From: an uncultured Candidatus Saccharibacteria bacterium | GTDB lineage: Bacteria; Patescibacteriota; Saccharimonadia; CAILAD01; BJGX01 | Assembly: GCA_964610335.1 (NCBI GenBank) | Contig: CAZSVP010000003.1 | Location: 141,531 to 205,530 of the forward strand | Direction: 5' to 3' | Length of the DNA: 64,000 nt | Shown here: piece after piece, positions 1 through 9,434 of the stretch | Layout: each line of letters starts with the position of its first letter | Numbering within the stretch: the stretch's first letter is position 1 | Made by a program: the position numbers and the translations under genes | The notes under the pieces: model-generated | What the model saw: only the letters and a program-made list of their open reading frames with translations | What the model was told of the DNA's origin: nothing | The model's database searches: none

Positions 1-258
1 AACCTTAAGTCTGGCGAAGGTAACCAAAGTATAGCCATTACGCAAGCGCGATCTGATTGGGATAGTCAGGCTTTGGCTGAGAATTACTTGGGCAAGAAGA
101 CTCAGCAGTACTTAGCTCTCCAAGCACAGGGGCTTACCATTTACGTCTATGGTGGTAACTCTGCTACTTGGGTGAACCATGGTAGTTGGTACAAGCTCGA
201 GGGTAAAGGTCCAGACATCAACCAAGATCAAATTATCAAGATAGCGACTAGTCTATGA
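1..258 (+). CDS. hypothetical protein, 5'-truncated at window edge
   Basis: Reading frame open from position 1 to TGA at 256-258; no recognisable motif. Confidence 0.3.
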   Translation, partial: NLKSGEGNQSIAITQARSDWDSQALAENYLGKKTQQYLALQAQGLTIYVYGGNSATWVNHGSWYKLEGKGPDINQDQIIKIATSL

Positions 259-596
259 ACGATGATCGATGGGGGGATCTAGTTGAGCTAATTGATGAGA
301 AATATACAGTTGATCACTTTGATCGAAGAGTGGAGAAGCTTGAGAACAACCCAGAGCTGACACAAACCATCGAGTCAATCGAGTTTGAGCGTGACAATGT
401 TAAATACAAGATAGAGCGGATCACTAGTCCGCGCATTGTAGACAAAAAAACGCACTTTCATCAGCGTGGAGTGGCGGCACGGGTTGAATACGTTTATGAC
501 CCAGAAGAGACTCAAACCAAGGTGATGTTCTTCAAGCAGATGACCGATGGTTACTGGAATGAGATCAGCCCCGAAGACCTGATGGCTGGCGCCTGA
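255..596 (+). CDS. hypothetical protein
   Basis: 113-aa ORF, ATGA overlap with upstream ORF (translational coupling); no recognisable motif. Confidence 0.4.
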   Translation: MNDDRWGDLVELIDEKYTVDHFDRRVEKLENNPELTQTIESIEFERDNVKYKIERITSPRIVDKKTHFHQRGVAARVEYVYDPEETQTKVMFFKQMTDGYWNEISPEDLMAGA

Positions 597-614
597 TCTG
601 ATATAATAAAGTAC

Positions 615-2036
615 ATGGCTAAACCAGTTCGAGTGAGATTTGCACCCAGCCCCACAGGGTTCCTGCATATTGGTGGTGTTCGCACCGCTTTATTCAATTA
701 TCTATTTGCCAAGGCCAATGACGGCAAATTCATATTGCGTCTGGAAGATACAGATCGTGAAAGGTTTGTTGAAGGCGGAGTAGAACAAATCGTCAAAAGC
801 CTAGACTGGGTGGGCTTGCACCCAGACGAAGGTGTTTGGTATGAGGAGAAACCAGGTAAGCATGGGCCATATATTCAGTCTAAGCGGATAAACCACTACG
901 ATGAGTATGCCAAGAAACTGGTTGACCAGGGCTTAGCCTACTACTCAGCTATTACGCCTGAAGCATTTACGGCTTTGCGCGAAGAAGCGATTGTACAGAA
1001 GCGACCATTTGTATACAAACAATCGATGGAGCCAAAAGCCAAACCCGCCACTACCGAGGGACTGCCAATTCGCTTGAAGGTAGCGGCCGGCGTTACCAAG
1101 TGGCACGATGAAGTGCGAGGTGAGTTTGAGACCAATCATGAACTTATCGACGACTTCATACTTGTCAAAGCCGACGGGTTCCCAACCTACAACTTTGCCA
1201 ACGTGGTTGACGATCACTTGATGCAGATAAGCCATGTGATCCGTGGCGATGAGTTCATTTCTACCACCGCTAAGCATGCTTTACTATACGATTTGCTTGG
1301 GTTTGACCGTCCTGCTTGGGTTCACTTGCCACCAATTCTTGGGCCCGATGGTAAGAAGAAGCTTAGTAAACGCGATGGAGACGTGGAAGTTCTCAATTAT
1401 CAAGAAAATGGCTATCTTTCGGCAGCACTCATCAACTTCTTAGCTTTGCTGGGCTGGAATGATGGAACCGAACAGGAGATTTTTAGTACAGAAGAGCTAA
1501 TCACTAAGTTTAGCCTGGATCGCATACAGAAGAGCCCAGCAGTATTTGATATTACTCGCCTTGATTGGATGAACGGTGAGTATATCCGCAACAAACTCAG
1601 TGAAGACGAGTTGACTGAAAAACTCAAGCCGTTTGTACCCAAAGAGTGGATGGATGATCTTGAGTACTTCAAGCGAGTGTTACAACTCGATGTAGAGCGC
1701 ATGAAGCGGCTCGATGAAGCTCAGTATCTTATGGAGATATTTTTTGTAACACCACAGGTAGATAAAACATTGCTTTGCAAGAAGGACAAAGAGAGTGATA
1801 TCAAGGATTGGCTAATAGCAGCTGCTGACGAGCTCAACCAGCTCGAAGAGTTTGGTCATGATGACATAGAAAGAGTGCTGCGGGCGCTGACCGAAACTCT
1901 AGAGATTAAGACCGGCAACTTGTTTTACGCATTGCGAGTAGCGCTAACTGGCCGTACCGAAGCTCCGGGGCTTTTTGATATAGTTGCCACACTCGGGCGT
2001 GATGAAGCTATTAAGCGCCTCCAAAATGCTCTATGA
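615..2036 (+). CDS. gltX: glutamyl-tRNA synthetase
   Basis: Class I aaRS motifs: PSPTGFLHIGG (HIGH) and KLSKR (KMSKS); length 473 aa typical of GluRS. Confidence 0.9.
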   Translation: MAKPVRVRFAPSPTGFLHIGGVRTALFNYLFAKANDGKFILRLEDTDRERFVEGGVEQIVKSLDWVGLHPDEGVWYEEKPGKHGPYIQSKRINHYDEYAKKLVDQGLAYYSAITPEAFTALREEAIVQKRPFVYKQSMEPKAKPATTEGLPIRLKVAAGVTKWHDEVRGEFETNHELIDDFILVKADGFPTYNFANVVDDHLMQISHVIRGDEFISTTAKHALLYDLLGFDRPAWVHLPPILGPDGKKKLSKRDGDVEVLNYQENGYLSAALINFLALLGWNDGTEQEIFSTEELITKFSLDRIQKSPAVFDITRLDWMNGEYIRNKLSEDELTEKLKPFVPKEWMDDLEYFKRVLQLDVERMKRLDEAQYLMEIFFVTPQVDKTLLCKKDKESDIKDWLIAAADELNQLEEFGHDDIERVLRALTETLEIKTGNLFYALRVALTGRTEAPGLFDIVATLGRDEAIKRLQNAL

Positions 2037-2692
2037 GCAAGTATTTGGTATTCTCGCATGGCTTTGGTGTGAAGAAAGACGATCGGGGCCTACTCACCGA
2101 CATTGCCGAAAACTCCCCAAAATACGAATCAGTACTTTTTGACTACAATGATGTCGATGAGGAGCACAATGTATTGACTGTAGCACCTTTACGGCGCCAA
2201 GCTGATATGTTACTAGATGAGATAGATATAGTCAGACAATCCGACCCAGATGCTGAAATTAGTTTGGTATGCCATTCGCAGGGTTGTGTAGTAGCAAGTA
2301 TTGCCAACCCATCAGATATCAAGCAAGCAATCTTTTTGGCTCCACCTGGCAATGTTAGTGCCGAGAGTATCCAGGAATTCTTTGGCAAACGACCAGGCAC
2401 AGTGGTAGAAGACGATGGAACTATGCGAGTACCGCGCGCTGATGGTAGCACTACCCGCATACCACAACAGTTCATAGATGATATTAAATCCGTAGATGTA
2501 GCCGAGCTTTATCCGAGCTTTGCGCGCCAAACCAAGCTTACTATTGTTGTGGCCAATCAAGACGAAGTACTTAAGCCTGTTGATTTTAGCTATCTAGCAG
2601 AAGATGTAAGATTGCTATATATAGACGGTGATCATAATTTCACAGGAGATGATAGAATAGGTTTGATAAATCAACTAGAGGAACTGCTATGA
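2033..2692 (+). CDS. alpha/beta-fold hydrolase (esterase-like)
   Basis: GXSXG nucleophile elbow (CHSQGC), later Asp/His candidates; overlaps gltX stop. Confidence 0.5.
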   Translation: MSKYLVFSHGFGVKKDDRGLLTDIAENSPKYESVLFDYNDVDEEHNVLTVAPLRRQADMLLDEIDIVRQSDPDAEISLVCHSQGCVVASIANPSDIKQAIFLAPPGNVSAESIQEFFGKRPGTVVEDDGTMRVPRADGSTTRIPQQFIDDIKSVDVAELYPSFARQTKLTIVVANQDEVLKPVDFSYLAEDVRLLYIDGDHNFTGDDRIGLINQLEELL

Positions 2693-4059
2693 AGATTACT
2701 TCGACAAATCCGTCTCGTAATTATGAAGAAATTGGAAGCGTTGAGCCCTCAACTGCCGAAGATGTTCAAGCCAAGATCACACAAGCTCATAAAGCGAAAT
2801 CTAGTTGGCGCGAACTTGGTATTCATGCTAGAACAAAGTTATTACAAAAGGTTGCTTCCGAAATTGAGCAATCAAAAGAACTTCTAGCTAAACTTATCGC
2901 CCAAGAAATGGGTATGCCAATAACTAGTGCACTATCTGAAGTCGACGATGCTTTGTACTATTGGCATTCTTATCTAAAAACTGCTGAAGGATTCTTAACA
3001 CCAGAGGTTACCCTCGAAACAGAGACTGAGCTTCATCAAGTCGTTCGAGAGCCGTACGGAGTGGTTGCTGCTATTGCTCCATGGAATTTCCCTATATCAA
3101 ATTTCGTATGGACTTGTGGTCAGAATTTAGCTGCCGGCAACGTGGTTGTGTTCAAACACTCAGAAGAAACACCGCTATGCGGCAAACTTATCGAAAAGAT
3201 TGTAAATAAAGTGCTTCCGGAGGGAGTATTCTCTGAATTATATGGCGATGGCACGGTTGGTAAAATGCTAGTTGAACAAGATATTAATTTTATCTGTTTC
3301 ACTGGTAGTACTGCCACCGGAATTAAGATCAATGAATCAGCAGCGCGACGGTTTATACCAACTTCGATGGAACTCGGTGGCTCAGCACCAGGAATAGTAT
3401 TGGAAGACTGTAATGTAACTGGTATTGCTGAAACCATATATTCGAACCGCTTTTCAAACTGTGGCCAAATGTGTGATGCTCTTAAACGGCTAATTGTTCA
3501 CGAATCAAAACTTGAACAAGTCAAAAATGAATTACTCAAGATTTTGGCTACCAAGAAAGTTGGCGATGCCCAAGATCCAAAAACTGATATCGGACCACTG
3601 GTAGCAAAACGCCAGCTTGAACTATTAGAGGAACAGGTAGCAGATGCTGTTACCAAGGGTGCCAACATACTTACTGGCGGTAATAGATTGGAAAAACTTT
3701 TGGGTGCTTATTATGAACCAACCTTGATAGAAAATGTAACTCCGGACATGAGGATTTGGCAGGAAGAAGTTTTTGGCCCAGTACTACCAATTGTAACTTT
3801 TAAGGCCGTAGATGAAGCTATTGACCTGGCAAATAACACCACTTATGGACTGGGTGCATATGTGTTTACTCAAGACAAGCAAAAATTTATGGATGTTGCT
3901 AATCAGCTAGAGTCGGGTATGGTTAGCCAAAACAATCTTAGCTACGTGAATTCGTGCAATTTCTTTGGCGGTTATAAGATGTCGGGGGGCGGACGTGAAC
4001 ACGCCAAGTTTGGTTTTGAAGAAGTTACTCAAACTAAAGTTATTGTTTCAGAAAAATAA
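2689..4059 (+). CDS. NAD(P)-dependent aldehyde dehydrogenase family protein
   Basis: ALDH Glu active-site motif ELGGSAP and Cys motif FSNCGQMC; ~456 aa. Confidence 0.85.
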   Translation: MKITSTNPSRNYEEIGSVEPSTAEDVQAKITQAHKAKSSWRELGIHARTKLLQKVASEIEQSKELLAKLIAQEMGMPITSALSEVDDALYYWHSYLKTAEGFLTPEVTLETETELHQVVREPYGVVAAIAPWNFPISNFVWTCGQNLAAGNVVVFKHSEETPLCGKLIEKIVNKVLPEGVFSELYGDGTVGKMLVEQDINFICFTGSTATGIKINESAARRFIPTSMELGGSAPGIVLEDCNVTGIAETIYSNRFSNCGQMCDALKRLIVHESKLEQVKNELLKILATKKVGDAQDPKTDIGPLVAKRQLELLEEQVADAVTKGANILTGGNRLEKLLGAYYEPTLIENVTPDMRIWQEEVFGPVLPIVTFKAVDEAIDLANNTTYGLGAYVFTQDKQKFMDVANQLESGMVSQNNLSYVNSCNFFGGYKMSGGGREHAKFGFEEVTQTKVIVSEK

Positions 4060-4076
4060 ACTTTGGCTTGGTAAGT

Positions 4077-5111
4077 CTAATTCCAGTCGAGTGTGCCGCC
4101 AGTTTGGTACTCGGTGACGCGAGTTTCGAAGAAGTTCTTTTCTTTGGTGAGATCAGCAGCTTCGCTCATCCATGGGAACGGGTTGGTTACATTGAACTGA
4201 GTCGGTAGGTCTACCATGGCAAGGCGACGATCGGCAATGTGCTCGATGTATTGTTTGAACCCATCGGCGTTCATACCAAATATCCCTTTGGGAAATACTT
4301 CTTGAGCGTAGGTATACTCAAGTTTGGCAGCTTCCTTGATAAGATCTACCATGTGTTGTTGAAACTCCTTGGTCCACAGCTCTGGCTGCTCCTCGCGAAT
4401 GGCGTTGATCATATTGATGCCGAAGTTGAGGTGCTGCGACTCGTCGCGCATGATGTATTGGATCTGCTCAGCGCTACCCGTAAGCTTGTTTTGGCGCTGA
4501 AACCCGAAGATCACAGCAAAGCTACTGTAGAAGAATATACCCTCTAGTATGAGCGAGAACACACAGAGGTTTTCCAAAAATTTCTGATCAGCCTCAAACG
4601 TACCAGTCTTGAAGCTGTCGTCAAATATTCCTTCGTTGAAGGTCAGGATGAACTTGGCCTTGGAAAAATGTGCAGCATTCTCGCGGTACATATTGAATAT
4701 CTTGCCGCCATCGAGGCCAAGACTTTCTACAATATACTGGTAGGCATGCGTATGGATGGCTTCTTCGTAACTTTGGCGCAATAGGTACATCCGACACTCT
4801 GGACTAGAGATGTGCTTGTACAGGGCCAGCACGATGTTGTTAGCGGCAATGGAATCGGCAGTAGTGAAGAACCCGAGTGCGGTTTCGAAGGCATGGCGCT
4901 CTTCTTCGGTCAGCTTGTTGCTTTTCCAGAGCTCAATGTCGTCTTGCATAGCTATCTCGGTAGGTAACCAATGGTTGGCATTGCCGGCATTGTAGGCGTC
5001 CCAGGCAAATGTGTGCTTCATGGGGTGCAGCTGGACTACATCGGCATCTTCACCATTGATTACTCGGCGTTTGTTGATGTCGACTCGTTTTTTGGTCATG
5101 CTTAGTGACAT
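4077..5111 (-). CDS. nrdB: ribonucleotide reductase class I small subunit (R2)
   Basis: Di-iron ligand motifs EEAIHTHAY and RDESQHLNFG; immediately downstream of nrdA. Confidence 0.9.
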   Translation of the reverse strand: MSLSMTKKRVDINKRRVINGEDADVVQLHPMKHTFAWDAYNAGNANHWLPTEIAMQDDIELWKSNKLTEEERHAFETALGFFTTADSIAANNIVLALYKHISSPECRMYLLRQSYEEAIHTHAYQYIVESLGLDGGKIFNMYRENAAHFSKAKFILTFNEGIFDDSFKTGTFEADQKFLENLCVFSLILEGIFFYSSFAVIFGFQRQNKLTGSAEQIQYIMRDESQHLNFGINMINAIREEQPELWTKEFQQHMVDLIKEAAKLEYTYAQEVFPKGIFGMNADGFKQYIEHIADRRLAMVDLPTQFNVTNPFPWMSEAADLTKEKNFFETRVTEYQTGGTLDWN

Positions 5112-5132
5112 GGGGTATCCTCCAGAAGGTGA

Positions 5133-7874
5133 TTAGATTAACTTAGTTTGCTGATCAGATTCTGGCTTGGGAGCATTATCGGCAATGGCACCAGCAAATT
5201 CTCGCTTGTGTGTAGCACCCATCTCAGCGGCGTTGACGGTAGATTTCTCAACTTGGGAGATTGCCAGACTACGCAGGTAGTAAGTAGTCTTGAGCCCCAT
5301 GCGCCAGGCATAGATATATAGATCGCTCAATTGTTTACCAGACACACCACTAACAAACACATTGAAGCTCTGGCTCTGATCTAGCCATTTGCCGCGATAG
5401 GCAGTGACGCGGATAAGGGCCATCGGGTCGATCTCAAACACTTCCTTGTACTTACGGCGCACATCTTCTGGTATCTCAGTAATCTTTTGGACTGAGCCGT
5501 CATGGAACTTCAACTTCTGCACCATCTCTGGACCCCACAGATTGAGTTTCTTAAGGTCAGTAACTAGGTAGGGGTTGATCACAGTAAATTCACCATTCAT
5601 GTTGGATTTCACATATAAGTTTTTGTAAATAGGCTCAATACATGGGTAACAGCCATTGATGTTGGAGATAGAGGCAGTTGGAGCTATCGCCATGGTGTTG
5701 CTATTGCGCATACCATATTTTTTCACTAGCGCACGAACAGGTTTCCAATCTAGCTTGCTAGTGCGCTTCACATCGATCTTCTCGCCGCGTTCTTTTTCAA
5801 GCATATCTAATGTATCGATGGGGAAGATGCCGCGATCCCACTTGGAGCCTTTGTAACTACTATAGGTACCTTTTTCGCGGGCAAGCTCAGCACTACCCAT
5901 GATGGCGTGGTAGCTGACAAATTCCATCGACTCGTCGGCAAAGGCTATTGCCTTGTCGCTCTCAAACTCCATGTCGAGCATATATAGAGCGTCTTGAAAG
6001 CCCATAATACCAATACCCACTGGGCGATGGCGCTGATTGGCAGTCTCATTCTCTTTGGTTGGGTAGAAGGTAATATCGATCACATTATCAAGCATGCGGA
6101 TGGCAGTCTTGACGGTATCGGCCAGTAGCTCACGATCGAGCTTGCCGCCTTTGATGTGAGTGGCAAGATTGACTGAGCCAATGTTGCAGACCGCTGTTTC
6201 CTCACGCGAGTTGTTGAGTGTGATCTCGGTACAAAGATTGGAATTGTGTACTACGCCGACATGGTCTTGCGGGCTGCGAACATTGCAAGCATCCTTAAAT
6301 GTAATCCATGGGTGGCCAGTCTCAAATAGCATGGTTAGCATCTTGCGCCACAACTGCAGCGCACTTACGCGGCGGAACTGACGAATCTTACCAGCATCGG
6401 CTAGTTTTTCGTACTCTTCATACTTTTGCTCAAACTCTTTGCCATATATATGATGAAGCTTTGGGACTTCCTCGGGGCTAAATAGTGTCCACTGCGCATT
6501 GGCCTCAACGCGTTTAATAAACAAATCTGGTACCCAGCTGGCTGTGTTCATGTCGTGAGTACGACGACGCTCGTCGCCAGTGTTTTTGCGTAGTTCTAAG
6601 AAATCTTCGAAGTCCAGATGCCAGTTTTCGAGATATACACAGGTAGCACCTATACGACGACCACTGCGGGCGATAGCTACGGTTACGTCATTGGCAATTT
6701 TGAGAAACGGCACTACACCCTGAGAAGGTATATTGATAGTCTTAATAAGCGAGCCAGTCGAGCGAATGTTGCTCCAGTCAGTACCAATGCCACCAGAGAA
6801 TTTACTCATTAGCGCATTGTCGCGATACACCTTGAAGATATGATCGAGATCGTCTTCGACAGTATTGAGATAGCACGAGCTCATCTGTGGCCATGATGTG
6901 CCGGAATTGAACAGAGTAGGTGAGCTAGGAGTATAGCGTTTGGTAGACAGGATATTGTAAAACTCTATCGCTACTGCAGTACGTTTCTTCTTGTCCTCGT
7001 TTAGCGCCATACCCATACTGACACGCATCCAAAATATCTGCGGCACTTCAAGTACTACCTTGCTCTCACGCTCAGGGCGCAGGAAGTAGTTGCTATATAG
7101 AGTTTGGAGTCCCATGTAGTCGATCATCTTGTCGCGGTCTGGCTTGATAGCATCGGCCAGCTTATCGAGCTCAAACTCAGCCATTTGCTTATGAAGCAGT
7201 TTGTTCTTGATACCGCTTTCTATGAAGTTCTTGAAGATTGTTTTGTAGGCTGTAGCGACTTCAGTAGTTTCACTGGCACCCAACACTTCCTTGTACATCT
7301 TCTTTTGCAATAGTCTTGCAGCCAAGCTATCGTAGGCCGGATCTTTTTCGATACTGCTTTTGGCAGCCAGTATCAGAGCATCGTCGAACTCATCTTCACT
7401 CATGCCATCGTAGACATTGGCCTTGGCGTATTCGGCCAGCTCTTCGATGTCGACGCCTTCTATACCATGGGCGGCCTCAACAAACGTTTTGATAATGGTA
7501 GGGTAGCCGTATTGAGCCGAGCTACCGTCGGCCATGGTTACAGATATGCCAGCATGCTCGAGCTTCTCAGCCTGGGCAGCCTCACGCATCATCTTGTGGG
7601 TGTCACGATAGATAATAAAGCTACGGGCAGTCTTGAAATAGCCACCGCGCATAAGTGCTTGTTCTACAAGGTCTTGGGTAGATTCTACGTCTGGCACATC
7701 GCCCGCAAATAAATCCTCCAGACCAGCCACCACGCCATCTACCAAGCTATCAATCTCATCGGCAGGAATCTCAGTCTCAGCCGATGCGCTAGCCTTTACT
7801 ATTGCTTGATATATACGCATGCGATCAAAGATTGCGATCTGGCCATTGCGCTTTTTTATTTGTGTAAAACTCAT
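5133..7874 (-). CDS. nrdA: ribonucleotide reductase class I large subunit with N-terminal ATP-cone
   Basis: ATP-cone (KRNGQIAIFDRMRIYQAIVKA), catalytic-site region NLCTEITL, 913 aa. Confidence 0.9.
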   Translation of the reverse strand: MSFTQIKKRNGQIAIFDRMRIYQAIVKASASAETEIPADEIDSLVDGVVAGLEDLFAGDVPDVESTQDLVEQALMRGGYFKTARSFIIYRDTHKMMREAAQAEKLEHAGISVTMADGSSAQYGYPTIIKTFVEAAHGIEGVDIEELAEYAKANVYDGMSEDEFDDALILAAKSSIEKDPAYDSLAARLLQKKMYKEVLGASETTEVATAYKTIFKNFIESGIKNKLLHKQMAEFELDKLADAIKPDRDKMIDYMGLQTLYSNYFLRPERESKVVLEVPQIFWMRVSMGMALNEDKKKRTAVAIEFYNILSTKRYTPSSPTLFNSGTSWPQMSSCYLNTVEDDLDHIFKVYRDNALMSKFSGGIGTDWSNIRSTGSLIKTINIPSQGVVPFLKIANDVTVAIARSGRRIGATCVYLENWHLDFEDFLELRKNTGDERRRTHDMNTASWVPDLFIKRVEANAQWTLFSPEEVPKLHHIYGKEFEQKYEEYEKLADAGKIRQFRRVSALQLWRKMLTMLFETGHPWITFKDACNVRSPQDHVGVVHNSNLCTEITLNNSREETAVCNIGSVNLATHIKGGKLDRELLADTVKTAIRMLDNVIDITFYPTKENETANQRHRPVGIGIMGFQDALYMLDMEFESDKAIAFADESMEFVSYHAIMGSAELAREKGTYSSYKGSKWDRGIFPIDTLDMLEKERGEKIDVKRTSKLDWKPVRALVKKYGMRNSNTMAIAPTASISNINGCYPCIEPIYKNLYVKSNMNGEFTVINPYLVTDLKKLNLWGPEMVQKLKFHDGSVQKITEIPEDVRRKYKEVFEIDPMALIRVTAYRGKWLDQSQSFNVFVSGVSGKQLSDLYIYAWRMGLKTTYYLRSLAISQVEKSTVNAAEMGATHKREFAGAIADNAPKPESDQQTKLI

Positions 7875-7913
7875 GTATCACCCTCCACCTTTAGTTTTTC
7901 GAGATCAAACAAA

Positions 7914-7929
7914 ACACTATATATAGTGC
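7914..7929 (-). promoter_or_regulatory. NrdR box 1 (perfect palindrome ACACTATATATAGTGC-like) upstream of nrdAB
   Basis: CACTATATATAGTG is a perfect inverted repeat; matches NrdR-box consensus acaCwAtATaTwGtgt. Confidence 0.7.
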
Positions 7930-7946
7930 TTTGTAGTTATACTACC

Positions 7947-7962
7947 ACCACATATAGTGCTT
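7947..7962 (-). promoter_or_regulatory. NrdR box 2 (ACACATATAGTGCT-like), about 33 bp from box 1
   Basis: Second imperfect palindrome with same core; tandem spacing of about 3 helical turns typical for NrdR operators. Confidence 0.6.
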
Positions 7963-8093
7963 GTGGTAGTACTTTGTCGTACATTCGTTTGATAATTGCT
8001 CTCACACAACTACTTACGAACATAATACGAATCTAGCCCCCTTGTTGTCAACTCTTTTACTCTCTCACGAAACAAAACTTAGTAGCATCATAG

Positions 8094-8120
8094 CCCGGCT
8101 GGGCAATAGCTACAATATGG
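8094..8120 (+). repeat. partial copy of CCCGG..GCAATAG.TAC repeat (see copies at 8334, 9176, 9434)
   Basis: CCCGGCTGGGCAATAGCTACAATATGG shares CCCGG-GCAATAG-TAC core with downstream copies. Confidence 0.4.
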
Positions 8121-8216
8121 TTTGTAAAAAATACAATGAAAAATCTGAGTTTGAAGTGATTTGTGCTACTGGTCAAAATATACGAAATATGTTAAAGTAG
8201 GCTGGCATTTTTTAGT

Positions 8217-8291
8217 GGTCCCATCGTCTAACGGTTAGGACACCAGATTCTCAATCTGGCAATCGGAGTTCGATTCTCCGTGGGATCACCA
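8217..8291 (+). tRNA. tRNA-Glu (anticodon CUC), CCA encoded
   Basis: Manual cloverleaf: acceptor GGTCCCA/TGGGATC, D-arm GTCT/GGAC, anticodon stem CCAGA/TCTGG with loop TTCTCAA (anticodon CTC), T-arm CGGAG-TTCGATT-CTCCG, discriminator A + CCA. Confidence 0.85.
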
Positions 8292-8333
8292 TGTCTTTAT
8301 ACAGAATTCTAGTCAACTTCAATAAGCTGCTGA

Positions 8334-8379
8334 GTTGGTTCGAATCCAGCCCCCGGAGCAATAGTACTTATGCTTAAAG
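8334..8379 (+). repeat. tRNA 3'-end-like fragment (T-arm GTTGG-TTCGAAT-CCAGC + acceptor-like tail) fused to repeat CCCGGAGCAATAGTACTTATGCTTAAAG; att-like copy a
   Basis: Canonical T-loop GGTTCGAATCC with pairing stem but no matching 5' acceptor/D/anticodon arms upstream; sequence repeated imperfectly at 9176 and 9434. Confidence 0.55.
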
Positions 8380-8400
8380 ACCTGAAAAGGTCCTTTTGAT

Positions 8401-9177
8401 ATGATAGTTATTATGAAGATTTTGTCACCAACTCTAAATTTTAATTCGCAGTCTGCAATAGATGAATTTAAGAAAGTTATTGGCGGGCTACCTAGTGATG
8501 TTGATGATTACATTGTTGGTGGTTCTGTTAGAAACGCTATTTTTAGAAAAATATTTGGTGAAGTACTTACTCAACGAGATTACGACCAAGTTGTTACAAA
8601 AAATTCAGATAAATATTTAGAGTATCTTAAATCTCTAGGGTTTTATCTCGGTAAACTAGACCGCCCTACTCAAAAGGTATATGCATACGACCTAATACCA
8701 AATCCACCTGCTGATAGTTATGTAGATTCATTGGTTTATGATATTCATACAATGGACAATACAACCATTGAAGAAAACCTAAGAACTAGTAGTGGTTTTA
8801 CAATCAACGGCTTTGCATTACCTATAAGAAAATTATTTGACGAAAACTGGTTTGACGAAATCATACAACTGCCAGGTGCACTAGATGATATGAAGAAAAA
8901 ACAGCTTAGGGTAAATAAAGATGGTTACAAAGAACAACCAGCGAATCTTTTTGCTGGAATTAGGTTTATGTCTAAAGGATTTTTACCACCTAGCAAAGAA
9001 GATGTTGAGTTATTACTAAACGAAATGCCAAACATCACTCCAGAAAGATTTGAAAAGGGCGTGAAGAAAGTCTGGGATTATGTTGGTGGCGAGCAAAAAG
9101 CTCGAGAGTATGTAAAACAGTTGAACATTGATATTGATATTTTTAATCGTGAAGAAATTCTGAGCAAACTAGGCTAG
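8401..9177 (+). CDS. truncated tRNA-nucleotidyltransferase/poly(A)-polymerase-family nucleotidyltransferase (head+neck domains only, 258 aa)
   Basis: YIVGGSVRN..DYD (Pol-beta NTase GG.VRD..D.D motif of CCA enzymes), FTINGFA (cf. RRDFTMNAIA), AGIRFMSKGF (cf. RAVRFVSELGF); ORF is ~35% GC versus ~47% flanks. Confidence 0.65.
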   Translation: MIVIMKILSPTLNFNSQSAIDEFKKVIGGLPSDVDDYIVGGSVRNAIFRKIFGEVLTQRDYDQVVTKNSDKYLEYLKSLGFYLGKLDRPTQKVYAYDLIPNPPADSYVDSLVYDIHTMDNTTIEENLRTSSGFTINGFALPIRKLFDENWFDEIIQLPGALDDMKKKQLRVNKDGYKEQPANLFAGIRFMSKGFLPPSKEDVELLLNEMPNITPERFEKGVKKVWDYVGGEQKAREYVKQLNIDIDIFNREEILSKLG

Positions 9178-9224
9178 TTCTAACTTCAGTTACTACCCGG
9201 AGCCATAGTACTTATGCTTAAAAG
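9176..9224 (+). repeat. att-like repeat copy b (degenerate T-arm-like AGTTCTAACTTCAG + CCCGGAGCCATAGTACTTATGCTTAAAAG)
   Basis: 29-nt near-identity to copy a (27/29), preceded by degenerated T-loop-like segment. Confidence 0.55.
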
Positions 9225-9230
9225 GCCCAC

Positions 9231-9434
9231 GTGTTTCATTTTGTTATAATAACGAATATGAAAACAATACGATATATTGCTGTTGTTTGTAATGCTATTT
9301 TTGTAGCTTGGCTATTATTTAATGCAATTGATGAGGGTTTTCGTGCAGTAAATCGTGTAGAACTAGTCTCGATGATTAGTCTAATAGCGCTACTGTTGCT
9401 CAACATTATTCTTCTACTACATCGGCGTGCCTAA
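9231..9434 (+). CDS. small hydrophobic protein (2 predicted TM helices), AT-rich
   Basis: 67-aa ORF, ~33% GC, two hydrophobic stretches; lies inside the repeat-bounded islet. Confidence 0.35.
   Translation: MFHFVIITNMKTIRYIAVVCNAIFVAWLLFNAIDEGFRAVNRVELVSMISLIALLLLNIILLLHRRA

Noticed and set aside
8292-8365. A second complete tRNA gene downstream of tRNA-Glu
   Set aside because: Only a T-arm and a 3' acceptor-like segment are present. No complementary 5' acceptor strand (TCCGGGG or CTCCGGG) or D/anticodon arms could be found upstream, so it is interpreted as a tRNA 3' fragment (att-like).
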